Shown: positions 10,003 to 21,040 of the stretch, in pieces
How positions within the stretch are numbered: the first letter of the stretch is position 1
How the letters are laid out: every line of letters begins with the position of its first letter
Assembly (NCBI GenBank): GCA_964016885.1
Contig: OZ024744.1
Span: 26,598,001-26,662,000 of the forward strand
From: Eledone cirrhosa
Taxonomy: Eukaryota
Reading direction: 5' to 3'
DNA length: 64,000 nt
Made by a program: the position numbers and the translations under genes
The notes under the pieces: generated by a model
Told to the model about the DNA's origin: nothing
Database searches by the model: none
The model's input: only the letters and a program-made list of their open reading frames with translations

Positions 10003-13000
10003 ATGGAGACTAGAACGTCATGTGACAGACTCTCACCCAACAGGTGCCCCCTGGCTCAGCAGCAGGAACCTGACTGTCAACGAAATACTGCTGATGTTGG
10101 AGGAAGAAGAAGAAGGAAAGGGGCCAGAACCAACTGGACGAAAGAATTGAATAGAACTGTTATGCAATGCTACCTGAAAAGTAACCCCAAGGAGAGGGGC
10201 TACAGGAGACGGATGCATAACATCTGGAACGAGATTGGTTTATTTAAATTAGATGAACAAAAATTGGCCGGGCAGGCTCGGGTAATAAGAACTAATGGGT
10301 GGATAAGCGAGCTGGAACTGGAGGAACTGAGCAGAGAGAATGGCTTGGAGATGGCGGGTGTAGTATGCCAGACAAGCGAGCCGGCGGGAAATGAAGGTGA
10401 GGAGGTCCTGAGAGCGGAGGAACCACCCGAAGCAGACAATGATCTGAATACTGAGATAAATAATACCTGGAACAGAGATACGGCCACTGAGGAGATGAAT
10501 GCTGACGGGCTAGGACAAGATTCGGTTGACATCCTAAATTTAGTGGTAGATGAGTTGAACAATGATAGTGGGAGACCTATGAACCTAAGATTTGTAGACA
10601 GGAAAAAGTTAAAAGAAACAACAGCTAAGGTAAACAAAGTCATCCCATACCTTGAGGCGAGGAGTCTTCACCAGTGCAACAATATCCTCAAAGCAACAGC
10701 AAATACGGTGAGGAAACTACTTGGTATAAAAGCGAGAGGAAACAGCAGACAAGAAAGAGCAGAGCCGTGGTGGAAGAAGCGACTGAGTGGGCAAATCGGG
10801 GAAATGAGAAATGACATAGGAAAGCTTGAGTCACTACTGAATGGGACACTAAAAAACATAGGCACTAAAAATAGACTGGAAATAAAATACAAAACTAGGA
10901 GTAAAAAGCTAAATATTATCATAGAGGAATTGAAGCAACGCATTGTAGCAAAGAGTGCCAAAATCAGGCGATACGAGAACAGAGTCAGTCAGTATAAACA
11001 GAACCGCATGTTCGACAACAACCAGAAGATGCTGTTTGGACAGCTTGAGGGGAAAGAAAGAGGCACCGACTTGATCCCTGGGGCGGAACAAGCTAAAACA
11101 TTCTGGAGAGGAATATGGGAGCAGGATGTTAGACACAATGCCCAGGCAGGGTGGATTGAGACAGTACAGAGGGAGATCGGTGAGCAGGCACAGCAACAGA
11201 CTGATTTGAGTATCACAGTTGAAACTCTTAAGGGGCAAGCCAAAAAACTAACCAACTGGAAATCACCAGGCCCAGATGGTGTGCAGGGGTATTGGATTAA
11301 ACATTTAACATCCCTCCACCCGAAGCTGACGGCCATGTTCAATGACTGCTTGGTGTCGGGTGAGGCGCCAGAGTGGTTGACAAAAGGTACCACAGTTCTG
11401 ATAATGAAAGACCAAATCAAGGGTAATGATGTCACCAACTATAGACCTATCACATGTCTGCCCGTAATGTGGAAACTGTTGACGAGCATTGTGTCTGAGG
11501 AAATCTACCATCACCTCCACACAAACAACTTGTTGCCGGACGAACAGAAAGGATGCCGAAAGAAGTCACGTGGTACAAAGGACCAGTTGCTTATTGATAA
11601 GATGGTAATGGGGAATTGCAGGAGGAGACACACTGATCTTGCCATGGGATGGATAGACTACAGAAAGGCATTTGACATGGTGCCTCATTCCTGGATCACC
11701 AAAAGCCTGGAGATCTTCAGGGTGGCAGATAACATCAGACAGTTGCTGGGCAGGAGTATGGGGTCCTGGGAGACAGAGTTGACATCAACTGGAGTATCCT
11801 TGGGAAGCGTGAAGATCAAGAGAGGTATCTTCCAGGGAGATAGCCTGTCCCCTCTGTTGTTTGTCCTTGCCCTGATGCCCTTGACCATTATGCTGCGAAA
11901 AGTGAGAGCAGGATACAAGTTGGGAAGGGGAGAGCTTACCATCAATCACCTCCTCTTCATGGACGACCTTAAGCTCTTCGGGAAAAGTGAGAAGGAGTTG
12001 GATGTGCTTGTTGACACTGTCCGTATTTTCAGCAGTGATATATGTATGCAGTTTGGTATTGGTAAATGTGGAGTCATTGTGATGAGGAGGGGTAGGTTGA
12101 GCAGAAGTAACGGGATCCAGATACCAACAGGTGAGATGATAAAGGAAATTGACTCTGAGGAAGGATACAAGTATTTGGGCGTTCTGGAGGCTGATGGCAT
12201 AAAGAACAAAAAAATGAAGGAATTGTTAAGAACTGAATACATTCGGAGAGTAAGGAGCGTATTGAAGTCACATCTGAACAGCAGAAATGCCATAAGCGCA
12301 GTAAATTCCCGAGCTGTGTCTATTATTAGGTACAGTGCGGGAATTCTGAGATGGAATGTTGCTGAACAAAAAGAAATGGATAGGAAGACTAGGAAGCTAT
12401 TGACTATCTACAACATGTTCCACAAGAGGAGTGATGTCGATAGACTCTACCTAAGGAGATCTGAGGGTGGAAGAGGTCTTATCAGCATAGAGGACTGTGT
12501 TCAGATGGAGAAAAACAACCTATACAAATACGTGACCTATAGTAAGGAGCCAATGCTCAGAGCTGTACTGAAGGAGGGGACAGTAGGCCAGGGGATACCC
12601 AAGGAGGAAATAACATCAAGGAGGAAGAGCAGCCTTAAGGGAAAATCCCTTCATAGTACCTTCTTTGAGAAAACTGAATTTAGAGATCCACAGACATGGA
12701 ACTGGTTGAGAAGAGGAGACCTCAAAAAGGCTACAGAAGGAATGCTAATGGCTGCGCAGGAGCAGGCCCTCAAAACGAAGTGGTTGAAGCACCATATCTA
12801 CAAGGAGGAGGCTAGCCCACTGTGCAGGATCTGTGGAGAGAGAGAGGAGACTGTGGCTCACATTGTGTCCGAGTGTAAACACCTAGCCCAGACCCACTAT
12901 AAGGGCTGGAGACACGATGTGATGGGCAGGGTGATCCACTGGCACCTGTGCAAAGTAAACAATCTACCACATTCTGAGAAATGGTATGAGCATAGGCCAG

Positions 13001-13395
13001 AGGCGGTGATGGAGAACAATCAGGTGAAGGTGCTGTGGGATTTTAGGATACAGACGGACAAAAAACTGGAACACAATAGACCTGACCTGGTGGTTGTGGA
13101 CAAAGAAAAAAGATCGTGCCTGATTGTGGATGTGGCCTGCCCGTTCGACACGAGAGTGCAAGAGAAGGAGAGGGAGAAAATTAACCGATACCAGGACCTA
13201 AAGTGGGAGGTGAAAAGGATTTGGAACTGCCATGAAGTCAAAGTGATCCCGATTGTCATAGGCGCACTGGGGACTATCTCCAAAGGTTTCCAGGGATGGT
13301 TAAAGAAAATCGGCCCCTTCACGCTTTTTGGAACGCTTCAAAAGGCATGCTTGCTTGGAACGGCAAGAACCCTCCGATACGTCCTGAATATCTGA
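10003..13395 (+). CDS. Intact 1130-aa reverse transcriptase / restriction-like endonuclease protein (R4/Dong clade)
   Basis: Uninterrupted ORF; KSPGPDG, NYRPITCL, WIDYRKAFD, GIFQGDSLSPLLF, LFMDD, YKYLG; CCHC CRICGEREETVAHIVSEC; RHD; RPDLVVVD...DV; EKINRY; N-terminal RGYRRRM and PWWKKRL motifs typical of Dong. Confidence 0.93.
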   Translation: METRTSCDRLSPNRCPLAQQQEPDCQRNTADVGGRRRRKGARTNWTKELNRTVMQCYLKSNPKERGYRRRMHNIWNEIGLFKLDEQKLAGQARVIRTNGWISELELEELSRENGLEMAGVVCQTSEPAGNEGEEVLRAEEPPEADNDLNTEINNTWNRDTATEEMNADGLGQDSVDILNLVVDELNNDSGRPMNLRFVDRKKLKETTAKVNKVIPYLEARSLHQCNNILKATANTVRKLLGIKARGNSRQERAEPWWKKRLSGQIGEMRNDIGKLESLLNGTLKNIGTKNRLEIKYKTRSKKLNIIIEELKQRIVAKSAKIRRYENRVSQYKQNRMFDNNQKMLFGQLEGKERGTDLIPGAEQAKTFWRGIWEQDVRHNAQAGWIETVQREIGEQAQQQTDLSITVETLKGQAKKLTNWKSPGPDGVQGYWIKHLTSLHPKLTAMFNDCLVSGEAPEWLTKGTTVLIMKDQIKGNDVTNYRPITCLPVMWKLLTSIVSEEIYHHLHTNNLLPDEQKGCRKKSRGTKDQLLIDKMVMGNCRRRHTDLAMGWIDYRKAFDMVPHSWITKSLEIFRVADNIRQLLGRSMGSWETELTSTGVSLGSVKIKRGIFQGDSLSPLLFVLALMPLTIMLRKVRAGYKLGRGELTINHLLFMDDLKLFGKSEKELDVLVDTVRIFSSDICMQFGIGKCGVIVMRRGRLSRSNGIQIPTGEMIKEIDSEEGYKYLGVLEADGIKNKKMKELLRTEYIRRVRSVLKSHLNSRNAISAVNSRAVSIIRYSAGILRWNVAEQKEMDRKTRKLLTIYNMFHKRSDVDRLYLRRSEGGRGLISIEDCVQMEKNNLYKYVTYSKEPMLRAVLKEGTVGQGIPKEEITSRRKSSLKGKSLHSTFFEKTEFRDPQTWNWLRRGDLKKATEGMLMAAQEQALKTKWLKHHIYKEEASPLCRICGEREETVAHIVSECKHLAQTHYKGWRHDVMGRVIHWHLCKVNNLPHSEKWYEHRPEAVMENNQVKVLWDFRIQTDKKLEHNRPDLVVVDKEKRSCLIVDVACPFDTRVQEKEREKINRYQDLKWEVKRIWNCHEVKVIPIVIGALGTISKGFQGWLKKIGPFTLFGTLQKACLLGTARTLRYVLNI

Positions 13396-13481
13396 GGCTG
13401 CAGGTAGTGGCTTGATATTCAATCCAACGGACTTTCCAGTTAACCAACATCAATGACTGAGATTCAAGGAATAACAATAAC

Positions 13482-13538
<57 letters not shown>

Positions 13539-13574
13539 CAACATCAATGACTGAGATTCAAGGAATAACAACAC

Positions 13575-13612
<38 letters not shown>

Positions 13613-13732
13613 GTAATAATAATAAATTTGAAAACTAAAATCCAAAGAGGGCTCGATAAGGATAAATATATATCAAAAACAAAAATATATATAAGAACCG
13701 TAGAGCAAATATTTATTAAAATAACAGATTAA

Positions 13733-13782
13733 AGTTTAAGCAAAGAATCGCTGCTTTCACACTTAACGGGATCTTCTGAAAC
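13733..13782 (-). ncRNA. Hammerhead-like fold, family A (CAGAAGA core)
   Basis: Minus: gttt CAGAAGA tcccgttaagtgt GAAA gca gcgattctt tgc TT aaact. Confidence 0.55.
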
Positions 13783-13840
13783 AAAAAAAAATCAATAGCT
13801 CAATGTAATAACATCATTTGTTCTACAGAGTAGTTATATA

Positions 13841-14359
13841 GAATTCACAAGAATCAAAGCTATGTTCAAAGCATTTATTCACTTACAATTGTTTCATCCA
13901 AACCTAGGCTTGGAGTCTTACCACTACAACCTCCATAATACTCTTACTTATCCGCTTTAAGTGCTTCTATTACATGTCGCACAATAATCATATATAAATG
14001 AGACACACGTGCATGCCCCACGTGTAACTAACGCATAAAATAACTAAAATAACTACTACATCTGACTATCCTCTTGCATTATCCATGTTAACTGCCGATT
14101 GTATTTTAATTTTGCTTTGATTTTGTTTTAATGTGATTTTGATTTTGAATTTGAATTGCTATACAGAAATATAATATAATATATGTCACTCCACTGTACA
14201 TCAATATATACATATGTATATATATGTCTCTTGCGTTGGAAAGGAGGTCAATCATGTGTACAAACATTGAAAAATGCTCCGAAGACTCCAAGCCTAGGTT
14301 TGGATGAAACAATTGTAAGTGAATAAATGCTTTGAACATAGCTTTGATTCTTGTGAATC
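13841..14359 (+). mobile_element. Inverted-repeat non-coding unit (arms 13841-13919 / 14282-14359) carrying a hammerhead
   Basis: Arms are near-perfect reverse complements; the inverted arm breaks off inside the ribozyme core. Confidence 0.7.
14275..14321 (+). ncRNA. Type I hammerhead with CCGAAGA (U4C) core
   Basis: tgct CCGAAGA c tccaagc ctag gtttgga t GAAA caattg TA agtg; 7-bp stem II, palindromic stem III, GUA triplet. Confidence 0.65.
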
Positions 14360-14369
14360 TTATATATAT

Positions 14370-14524
14370 AAAACTGATTCCGTTTAGTTAGCTAGGGATT
14401 TGTCTCAGTATTGTTCCTAAATGAATCATAGGCTTAAGAAAGGAAAATATATGCTTCTCCTATATTTTGCGTATTGAATACATTGCCTTAAATTCTGATT
14501 CTCTCATTGTGAAGCAAAGACGTA

Positions 14525-14606
<82 letters not shown>

Positions 14607-14761
14607 TACGTCTTTGCTTCACAATGAGAGAATCAGAATTTAAGGCAATGTATTCAATACGCAAAATATAGGAGAAGCATATGTTTTCCTTTCTTAAGCC
14701 TATGATTCATTTAGGAACAATACTGAGACAAATCCCTAGCTAACTAAACGGAATCAGTTTT
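14370..14761. repeat. ~165-bp near-perfect inverted repeat around a central (TA)n tract
   Basis: 14370-14533 is the reverse complement of 14598-14761 with one visible mismatch. Confidence 0.9.
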
Positions 14762-15331
14762 ATTGGAATCATTCATTTAATATATGATCATGTATGTGTG
14801 CGTGTATATATATATATATCAGAGCACCAATTCTAATATATATATATATTTCCTTATATATTCTCTATATATTTTTATATATATATATATTTTTTATCTT
14901 TATTCTTATTTTCACTTTTATCCTCCTTTATATTTTACCTTATTCTTACTTTTATACCTTCTTATAGTGTAATCTTCCCCATGCCTTTATTATACATTAT
15001 TAATTATAGATTATTATTATTACTCTTTTTCCCTTTTCTAATTACCTCATGTACTTTCTCCTCCGTTATATATATATTATATGCCCCTTGTGTGTGTGTA
15101 GCCTCTGCACACCCTCTGCACCCTACTATCGACGCCACCCCATCTATGGCTCCACTAACCACTCGACTCCCGGGAATGAATATGACCACAGCTAGTAAAC
15201 AAGGACCCACACCCCACCCTCCCGCACCAAAATTAGACTTATCGTCCCCTGCTTTTGCTCTTTACTCTCTTTACTCTTTGTTCTTGAATGTTTGGTTGGT
15301 AGAGTCCATAACACCAATCAAACCCCTTTTA

Positions 15332-15380
15332 TAGCTCTGACGAATCTTGCGGTTACGTAAGGAAGAAACATTGTAAGCCA
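15332..15380 (+). ncRNA. Type I hammerhead ribozyme, canonical core
   Basis: gct CTGACGA a tcttgcg gtta cgtaagg aa GAAA cattg TA agc, followed by AATAAA. Confidence 0.75.
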
Positions 15381-15450
15381 ATAAAAATCTTTTGATGTTG
15401 TAGACGCTCTTGTGTTCTTTATCATATATATATATATATGTATATATATA

Positions 15451-15644
15451 ATAATTGTTTCTACTTTTTGGCACAAGGCCAGCAATTATCCCAGTGTATT
15501 ACTGGTACTTTATTTCATCGACCCCGTAAGGATGAAAGGCAAAGTTAACCTCGGCAGGATTTGAACTCAGAATGGCAAGGGCCGTAACTCTATGCGTCAA
15601 AGCATGGCGTCCGTCCCTCTACCGATACTGCCAATCCACCGCCC
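15451..15644 (-). mobile_element. tRNA-headed SINE, full length, with TSD
   Basis: A/B-box-like tggcagtatcggta and gagttcaaatcc; central gcctttcatccttacggggtcgat domain; tgtatatatataataa duplicated at 15439-15454 and 15645-15660. Confidence 0.88.
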
Positions 15645-15769
15645 TGTATATATATAATAATAATAATAATAAATTTGAAGACTAAAATCCAAAGAGGGCT
15701 CGATAAGGATAAATATATATCAAATATATAAGAACCGTAGAGTAAATATTTATTAAAATAACAGATTAA

Positions 15770-15820
15770 AATTTAAGCAAATAATCGCTGCTTTCACCCT
15801 TAACGGAATCTTCTGAAACT
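15770..15820 (-). ncRNA. Hammerhead-like fold, family A (CAGAAGA core)
   Basis: Minus: agttt CAGAAGA ttccgttaagggt GAAA gca gcgattatt tgc TT aaatt; forms an inverted pair with 18039-18089. Confidence 0.55.
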
Positions 15821-16548
15821 AAAAAAATCAATCTGTGAACGCAGAAGTAAATATTTCGAAAAACATTGCAACCGAAGGAAGACGGGATTACGATACTTTG
15901 GTTCGTGGAAACGGTCTCTGGCAATGAACGGAAAAAAACGAAGATAATACGTCATTATGTGGAGCGGTTCGAACAATTACACGCAAATACAAAACCACGT
16001 TTATGGTATAAATGAAGTCGTAGACTAATATTCTATTTTGGAAACCGAATGATTCTCGGCTTCAAAGTTAAGAAAAATGTAAATAAATTACAGAGGTAAT
16101 TGAAATCAACAAAAATTAAATATATACATGCACGCATCCATATACGTACATACACAAGCATACGCGAAAACTCCGCCATGGGTATGCAAAATCAAGCACG
16201 TACACAAAAAAAACCCGCGCACATACAGAACCCACGCAATGCCTGTACCCGCACACATACGAACGTATACACCAAATACACATAAAAATATATATAAATA
16301 TATACATATGTGTGTGTGTGTGCGTGTATACATATAATTATATAAACGTATATAAATATACACACATAAATACGTATATAACGCGCCCACACCCACACCT
16401 ACATGTAAATACACATATGTTCGCTATACGTACGTCAACCAAAACACAAAGTACACATATACACACACCCTACCTACGTAGGAACCCGCATACTCACACA
16501 GACGCAAAACTCACGTATACACATAACCATATGCAGATGTACCATTAT

Positions 16549-17877
16549 TCTAGGGCGGGTAAAATTCTCGAGATCCATGGACGAGTTCTCTCCAGCGGTC
16601 TCTGCACCTCATTATCGCTGCCATGTCCTGCGCCTCCAATAGACAAGTGTCTGTCCTTAGGGCATTAACATAAGTTAACCTTGGTCTTCCTCTTCCAGTG
16701 TGTCCATGTAGGAGCTCCCACAGGAGCACTGAGTGCAATGTCAACTCTGGATGTCGGTGAGCATGTGCAGCTAACCTCAGTCTCCTCTATGTCACTTTTG
16801 AGCTGACTTTTGGGAGGCTCCCAAACAGCTCTGAGTTTTTCATCCTCAGTGTATACTGATTAATGTTCAGAGCCATCCTCAGCACTCTCGTGTAGCAGCC
16901 ATCCACCATCTGAGTGAGTTTCTTGGTCAGTGTCCAAGTCTCAGACCCGTACAGCAGCACAGACTCCACTACAGCAAGAAGAGGTGGGTGATCATCAACG
17001 AGATCACAGGGAGGAAGAGAAGGTGTTCGAGTCAGATGCAGGGAACAGGGCCCGAGGTTAGGAAGAGGAAATGGCTAGACCATTTTAGGACCCTAATACG
17101 AGAGCCATCCTCAACTGCCCAGAGCACTGGGGAGATCAGGCGGCTGTTTCAAGAACTGGATATTGAGACAGAGCCCTGCACCAGAAAGAAGCTTCAGAGA
17201 GCCACGAAGAGGATCAAGGAGGGCAAGGCTCATGGAGAAGATGGAGTGGCATTAGAGGTGATGAAGAGTTGTGATTTTGATGATATCATCCTGGGGTTCT
17301 GAAACCAGGCACTGGAGAAAGGAGTTGTCCCGAATCAGTGAAGGATCAGTAATATCGTCCCAGTGCCAAAGAAAGGAGATCTCTCTAACACCAACAACTA
17401 CAGGGAGATCTCACGGACGTCACTTGTGGCAGAGACCCTCAACAGGTTGATTCTTAACAGGATCCAGTCTGAGATGGAGAAGAAGCTCAGGGACAACCAG
17501 AACGGCTTCAGAGAGGGAAGATCAACCACCAGTCACATCCTGATGCTGAGGAGGATATTAGAGGGAGCTAGAGAAAAGTGTCTTCCTGCGGTCATGGTTT
17601 TCATTGACTTTAGGAAGGCCTTTGATTCTGTGGACCGTTACTGCCTGATGAAGATCTTACAGGCTTATGGAATCCCCAAGAAGAAAGTGGACCTGATATC
17701 ACTGCTCTACACCAACACCAAAGCCCAAGTCATTACACCTGATGGGATGACAGAGTTCTTTGAGATACTGGCTGGAGTGCTTCAGGGAGATACATTGGCT
17801 CCCTACCTTTTTATCATCGTAGTGGACTATTGTATGCGCCTTGCACTGGAGAAACACCAGGACTCTGGCTTTACTGA
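16549..17877. mobile_element. RTE-clade LINE insertion with 5' inversion (3' part on minus 16549-16980; RT part on plus 16985-17877)
   Basis: Minus: ESVLLYGSETWTLTK and GRPRLTY; plus: PKKGDLS, QNGFREGRST, FIDFRKAFDS, GVLQGDTLAPYLF; atgtacca(t/g)tat at both outer ends. Confidence 0.85.
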
Positions 17878-18038
17878 ATGTACCAGTATATATAATATAA
17901 TATATACCGGTAAAACATATACAAGCAAATATACGTACTAGAAAGTATACGTACCTTCATAAACACTTACAGGAATTATATACTTACCTATACAAATAAG
18001 TAATGGTATAAACATAACATATACATATTGATTTTTTA

Positions 18039-18089
18039 AGTTTCAGAAGACCGCGTTAAGGGTGAAAGCAATGATTCTTTCCTTAAACT
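18039..18089 (+). ncRNA. Hammerhead-like fold, family A, more decayed copy
   Basis: agttt CAGAAGA ccgcgttaagggt GAAA gcaatgattctttcc TT aaact. Confidence 0.45.
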
Positions 18090-18119
18090 TTAATCTGTTA
18101 TTTTAATAAATAAATAAAT

Positions 18120-18152
<33 letters not shown>

Positions 18153-18445
18153 AAGAAAAAAAGATGAAATCGAAAATGCAACTGGAGTCTTATTTTTAAA
18201 AATATATATATATTTATTTGGTTCCTTTACCGGTTTCGCAGTTCTACACAGACCCTCCATCTCAACTCTACTTTTGAAAAGCAGAAGAACTGCGAAACCG
18301 GTAAAGGAACCAAATAAATATATATATATTTTTTAAAATAAGACTCCAGTTGCATTTTCGATTTCATCTTTTTTTTTCCTTATACTTTCACTCGTGTAGG
18401 ACACCTCGGTTATTTTTCATTTTGTAAAATAAAACTCACTTTCTT
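18153..18445 (+). mobile_element. Inverted-repeat non-coding unit (arms 18153-18245 / 18286-18377) in (TA)n, hammerhead family D
   Basis: Arms are reverse complements; homologous to 36855-37140. Confidence 0.75.
18271..18306 (+). ncRNA. Minimal type I hammerhead with U3:A8 compensatory core
   Basis: ctt TTGAAAA gcag aagaa ctgc GAAA ccgg TA aag. Confidence 0.6.
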
Positions 18446-18635
18446 ATATATATATATATATATATATATATTCATATACCCACACACATATTTATATATG
18501 TAGAACAACTGACCTGATGGTTGCTATTTTTCCCAGGGTCTACTCCTGGGTTTCCTGTCCATTAATTTTGTCCGTAATTTCAATTCTCCGATTCATATCG
18601 GAGCTGCGATCACCCCCTTCGGAGAAGTAGTTGTT

Positions 18636-18732
18636 CTACCTGGAGTGTCACTACCTGGAGTGACTCTACCTGGAGTGACTCTACCTGGAGTGTCTCTACC
18701 TGGAGTGACTCTACCTGGAGTAACTCTACCTG
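18636..18732. repeat. 15-bp tandem repeat (ctacctggagtgact), about 6 copies
   Basis: Direct reading. Confidence 0.9.
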
Positions 18733-18839
18733 ATCTCCGAGCTACGCATTTTATCGAGCAATGTTACTCCAAAGACTTCAGAGGAACCCCATTTCAGCTG
18801 CTTGTATTCGCAAAGAAAGCAGGTATGAGCAGATCCAGG

Positions 18840-19110
18840 GATGATTAACATCTTTTCGACAGCCATGGTATTGTTCACAAAGAATGTCTCCATCTAAGAC
18901 AGACAGTTAATTGAACTTTCTACAAAAGTGCCTTGGAACGACTTGGAAAACGAATCCAACGAGTCCAAAGAACATTGCACAGGATTGGTTACTGCACCAC
19001 AATAACCCAGCTGCTCATACCCATTTAAAAACAACAGAAAGCCGGTCTGGAAAGATTCTTTAATGTTTCAATTTTGTGAAAGCATTATATGTATTTCAAA
19101 GACTCAGTTT
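18840..19110 (+). pseudogene. Mariner-family transposase remnant
   Basis: Broken frames give FDSHGIVHKE..QTVN..FY..LERL.KRI..W.LHHNN.AAHT, matching the mariner DD34D region. Confidence 0.6.
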
Positions 19111-19156
19111 CATTTTCCGATCATGATGCAAGATTTTTGTATTTCATCAGGTGTAT

Positions 19157-19830
19157 TCTTCTTTTCCTTCTTCTTGCTTTTGCTCGGCGAGGCCGGGTTC
19201 GTCCTAAGCCAGTGATACCAAAGCATCGTTGTGCCTAGAGCCGAACAGGTCCACCAGCGCCCCCTATCGCTGGCGGTCCTGTACCAGCTAATCTGCATCC
19301 AAGGTATTGTCGAGCCCCTGGAAATATTCCCCGATGTTATCCAGCTATCTGGTGTGGGCCTGTCACGAGGCCTCTTTACAGCCGCTGGCTCTCTACAGCC
19401 AGCCGCTGCCTGGTAGGATGATTTAGTGGACAGTGGAGGACATGTCCGTACCAGTGCATGCGGTGGATAGCTTCGAGGCAGGAATCTATGGGCTGATGCG
19501 TGCACTTTGTTGGTAGGTTGGTGGTACAATCTGATGTTGTCGATGGTCCTCAGGGCTCTGCTATCGAAGATGCCGATCCTCTTTACCAGGGCCTTTGTGA
19601 GGGGACACGTTTCTGTTCCATAGACGAGAACAGAGAGGACCGATGCATTGTAAATACATAGCTTCGTCTACTGGGAAATGGAGCATGGCTACAAAGGGGC
19701 TTCCAAAGGGATGATATGAACCCGGTAGCCAGACCACATCTGCGGTTGACCCCCAGGGTCAAATCTCCATTGCTGGTGATAGTCGAGCCCAGGTAAATGA
19801 AGGAGCAGACAAACTCCACAGCGTCGGGGC
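19157..19830 (-). mobile_element. RTE LINE 3' fragment with (AAG)n-like tail
   Basis: EFVCSFIYLGSTITSNGD; RPRDRPTPDSW; tail reads tcttcttttccttcttctt on plus. Confidence 0.75.
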
Positions 19831-20121
19831 AATATGAAGCGGTGTTGATTTCAAAATTAGTCTAAGTCTTGCATCATAATCGGATGATGCAACTGGGTCA
19901 TTGAAATACGTATAGTGTTTTCGCAAAATTAAACCGTTAAAGATTGTTTCCAGTTCGGCCTTCAGTTCCTTTTAATGAATATGTAGCTCCATTGATGCAC
20001 CACCAGGATATAACATTTACGATAGATGATTTACACTATGTTGAGTGCTTCAATTTATTGCATCATCATTTACTTAACGAAATAACCAGTTCTACCCCAT
20101 TGGTAAACAACTTAACATAAA

Positions 20122-20476
<355 letters not shown>

Positions 20477-20569
20477 TCCGTCCGCGCAAAAAGTGAACAG
20501 AAAAAGACAACATACAATTAAGTACAATGAAGGTCTATATTAGTTTCACTATATTCATAATTTAGGAAA

Positions 20570-20609
20570 TGTTTTAACATTTCAGACGCTAGTCCTTCAT
20601 TAGAAAACA
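20570..20609 (-). ncRNA. Degenerate minimal hammerhead (CTAATGA core)
   Basis: Minus: tgtttt CTAATGA a ggac tagc gtct GAAA tg TT aaaaca; G5A change probably inactivates it. Confidence 0.45.
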
Positions 20610-20846
20610 GAATGAGAAATTAAAGAAGAAATAGAAAGATAGAGGAGAGTGAGCAGTGGTAGAAACGAAAGAATTCCTTAGAGAAAAGAGTCAGGTCTGT
20701 TCATTTCGCCATCTATTCGAAATATTTTATCATTTGATATATTAATTTTATCGAATACCATGGGAATCGTTGCAAAAATATTTTCTCGGTGTAGTGAAAG
20801 TTATTTACTAAAATTATTATTCCTATAATCGGTGTTAAACCCAATA

Positions 20847-21040
20847 GCGGTGGATTGGCAGTATCAGTAGAGAGTCGGACGCCATGCTTTGCAGCAAAGA
20901 GTTACGGCCCTTTATGGTCTGAGTTCAAATCCCGCCAAGGTTAACTTTGCCTTTCATCCTTACGGTGTCGATAAAATAAAGTACCAGTAATGTACTGGGT
21001 AATTGCTGGCCTTGTGCCAAAAGTAGAAACAATTATTATT
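20847..21040 (+). mobile_element. tRNA-headed SINE, followed by an older copy at ~21070-21205
   Basis: Same consensus as 15451-15644. Confidence 0.85.

Larger units (their letters stand above)
8610..13475 (+). mobile_element. R4/Dong-clade non-LTR retrotransposon inserted in (TAA)n; 5' boundary uncertain
   Basis: Single RT+RLE ORF, short 3' UTR running into (TAA)n, with another (TAA)n upstream at 8551-8609; Dong elements are known TAA-repeat targeters. Confidence 0.8.

Noticed and set aside
10200-13322. Antisense ORFs within Dong, and plus-strand ORFs across the Tx1 array
   Set aside because: Shadow ORFs of the coding strand with no motifs of their own
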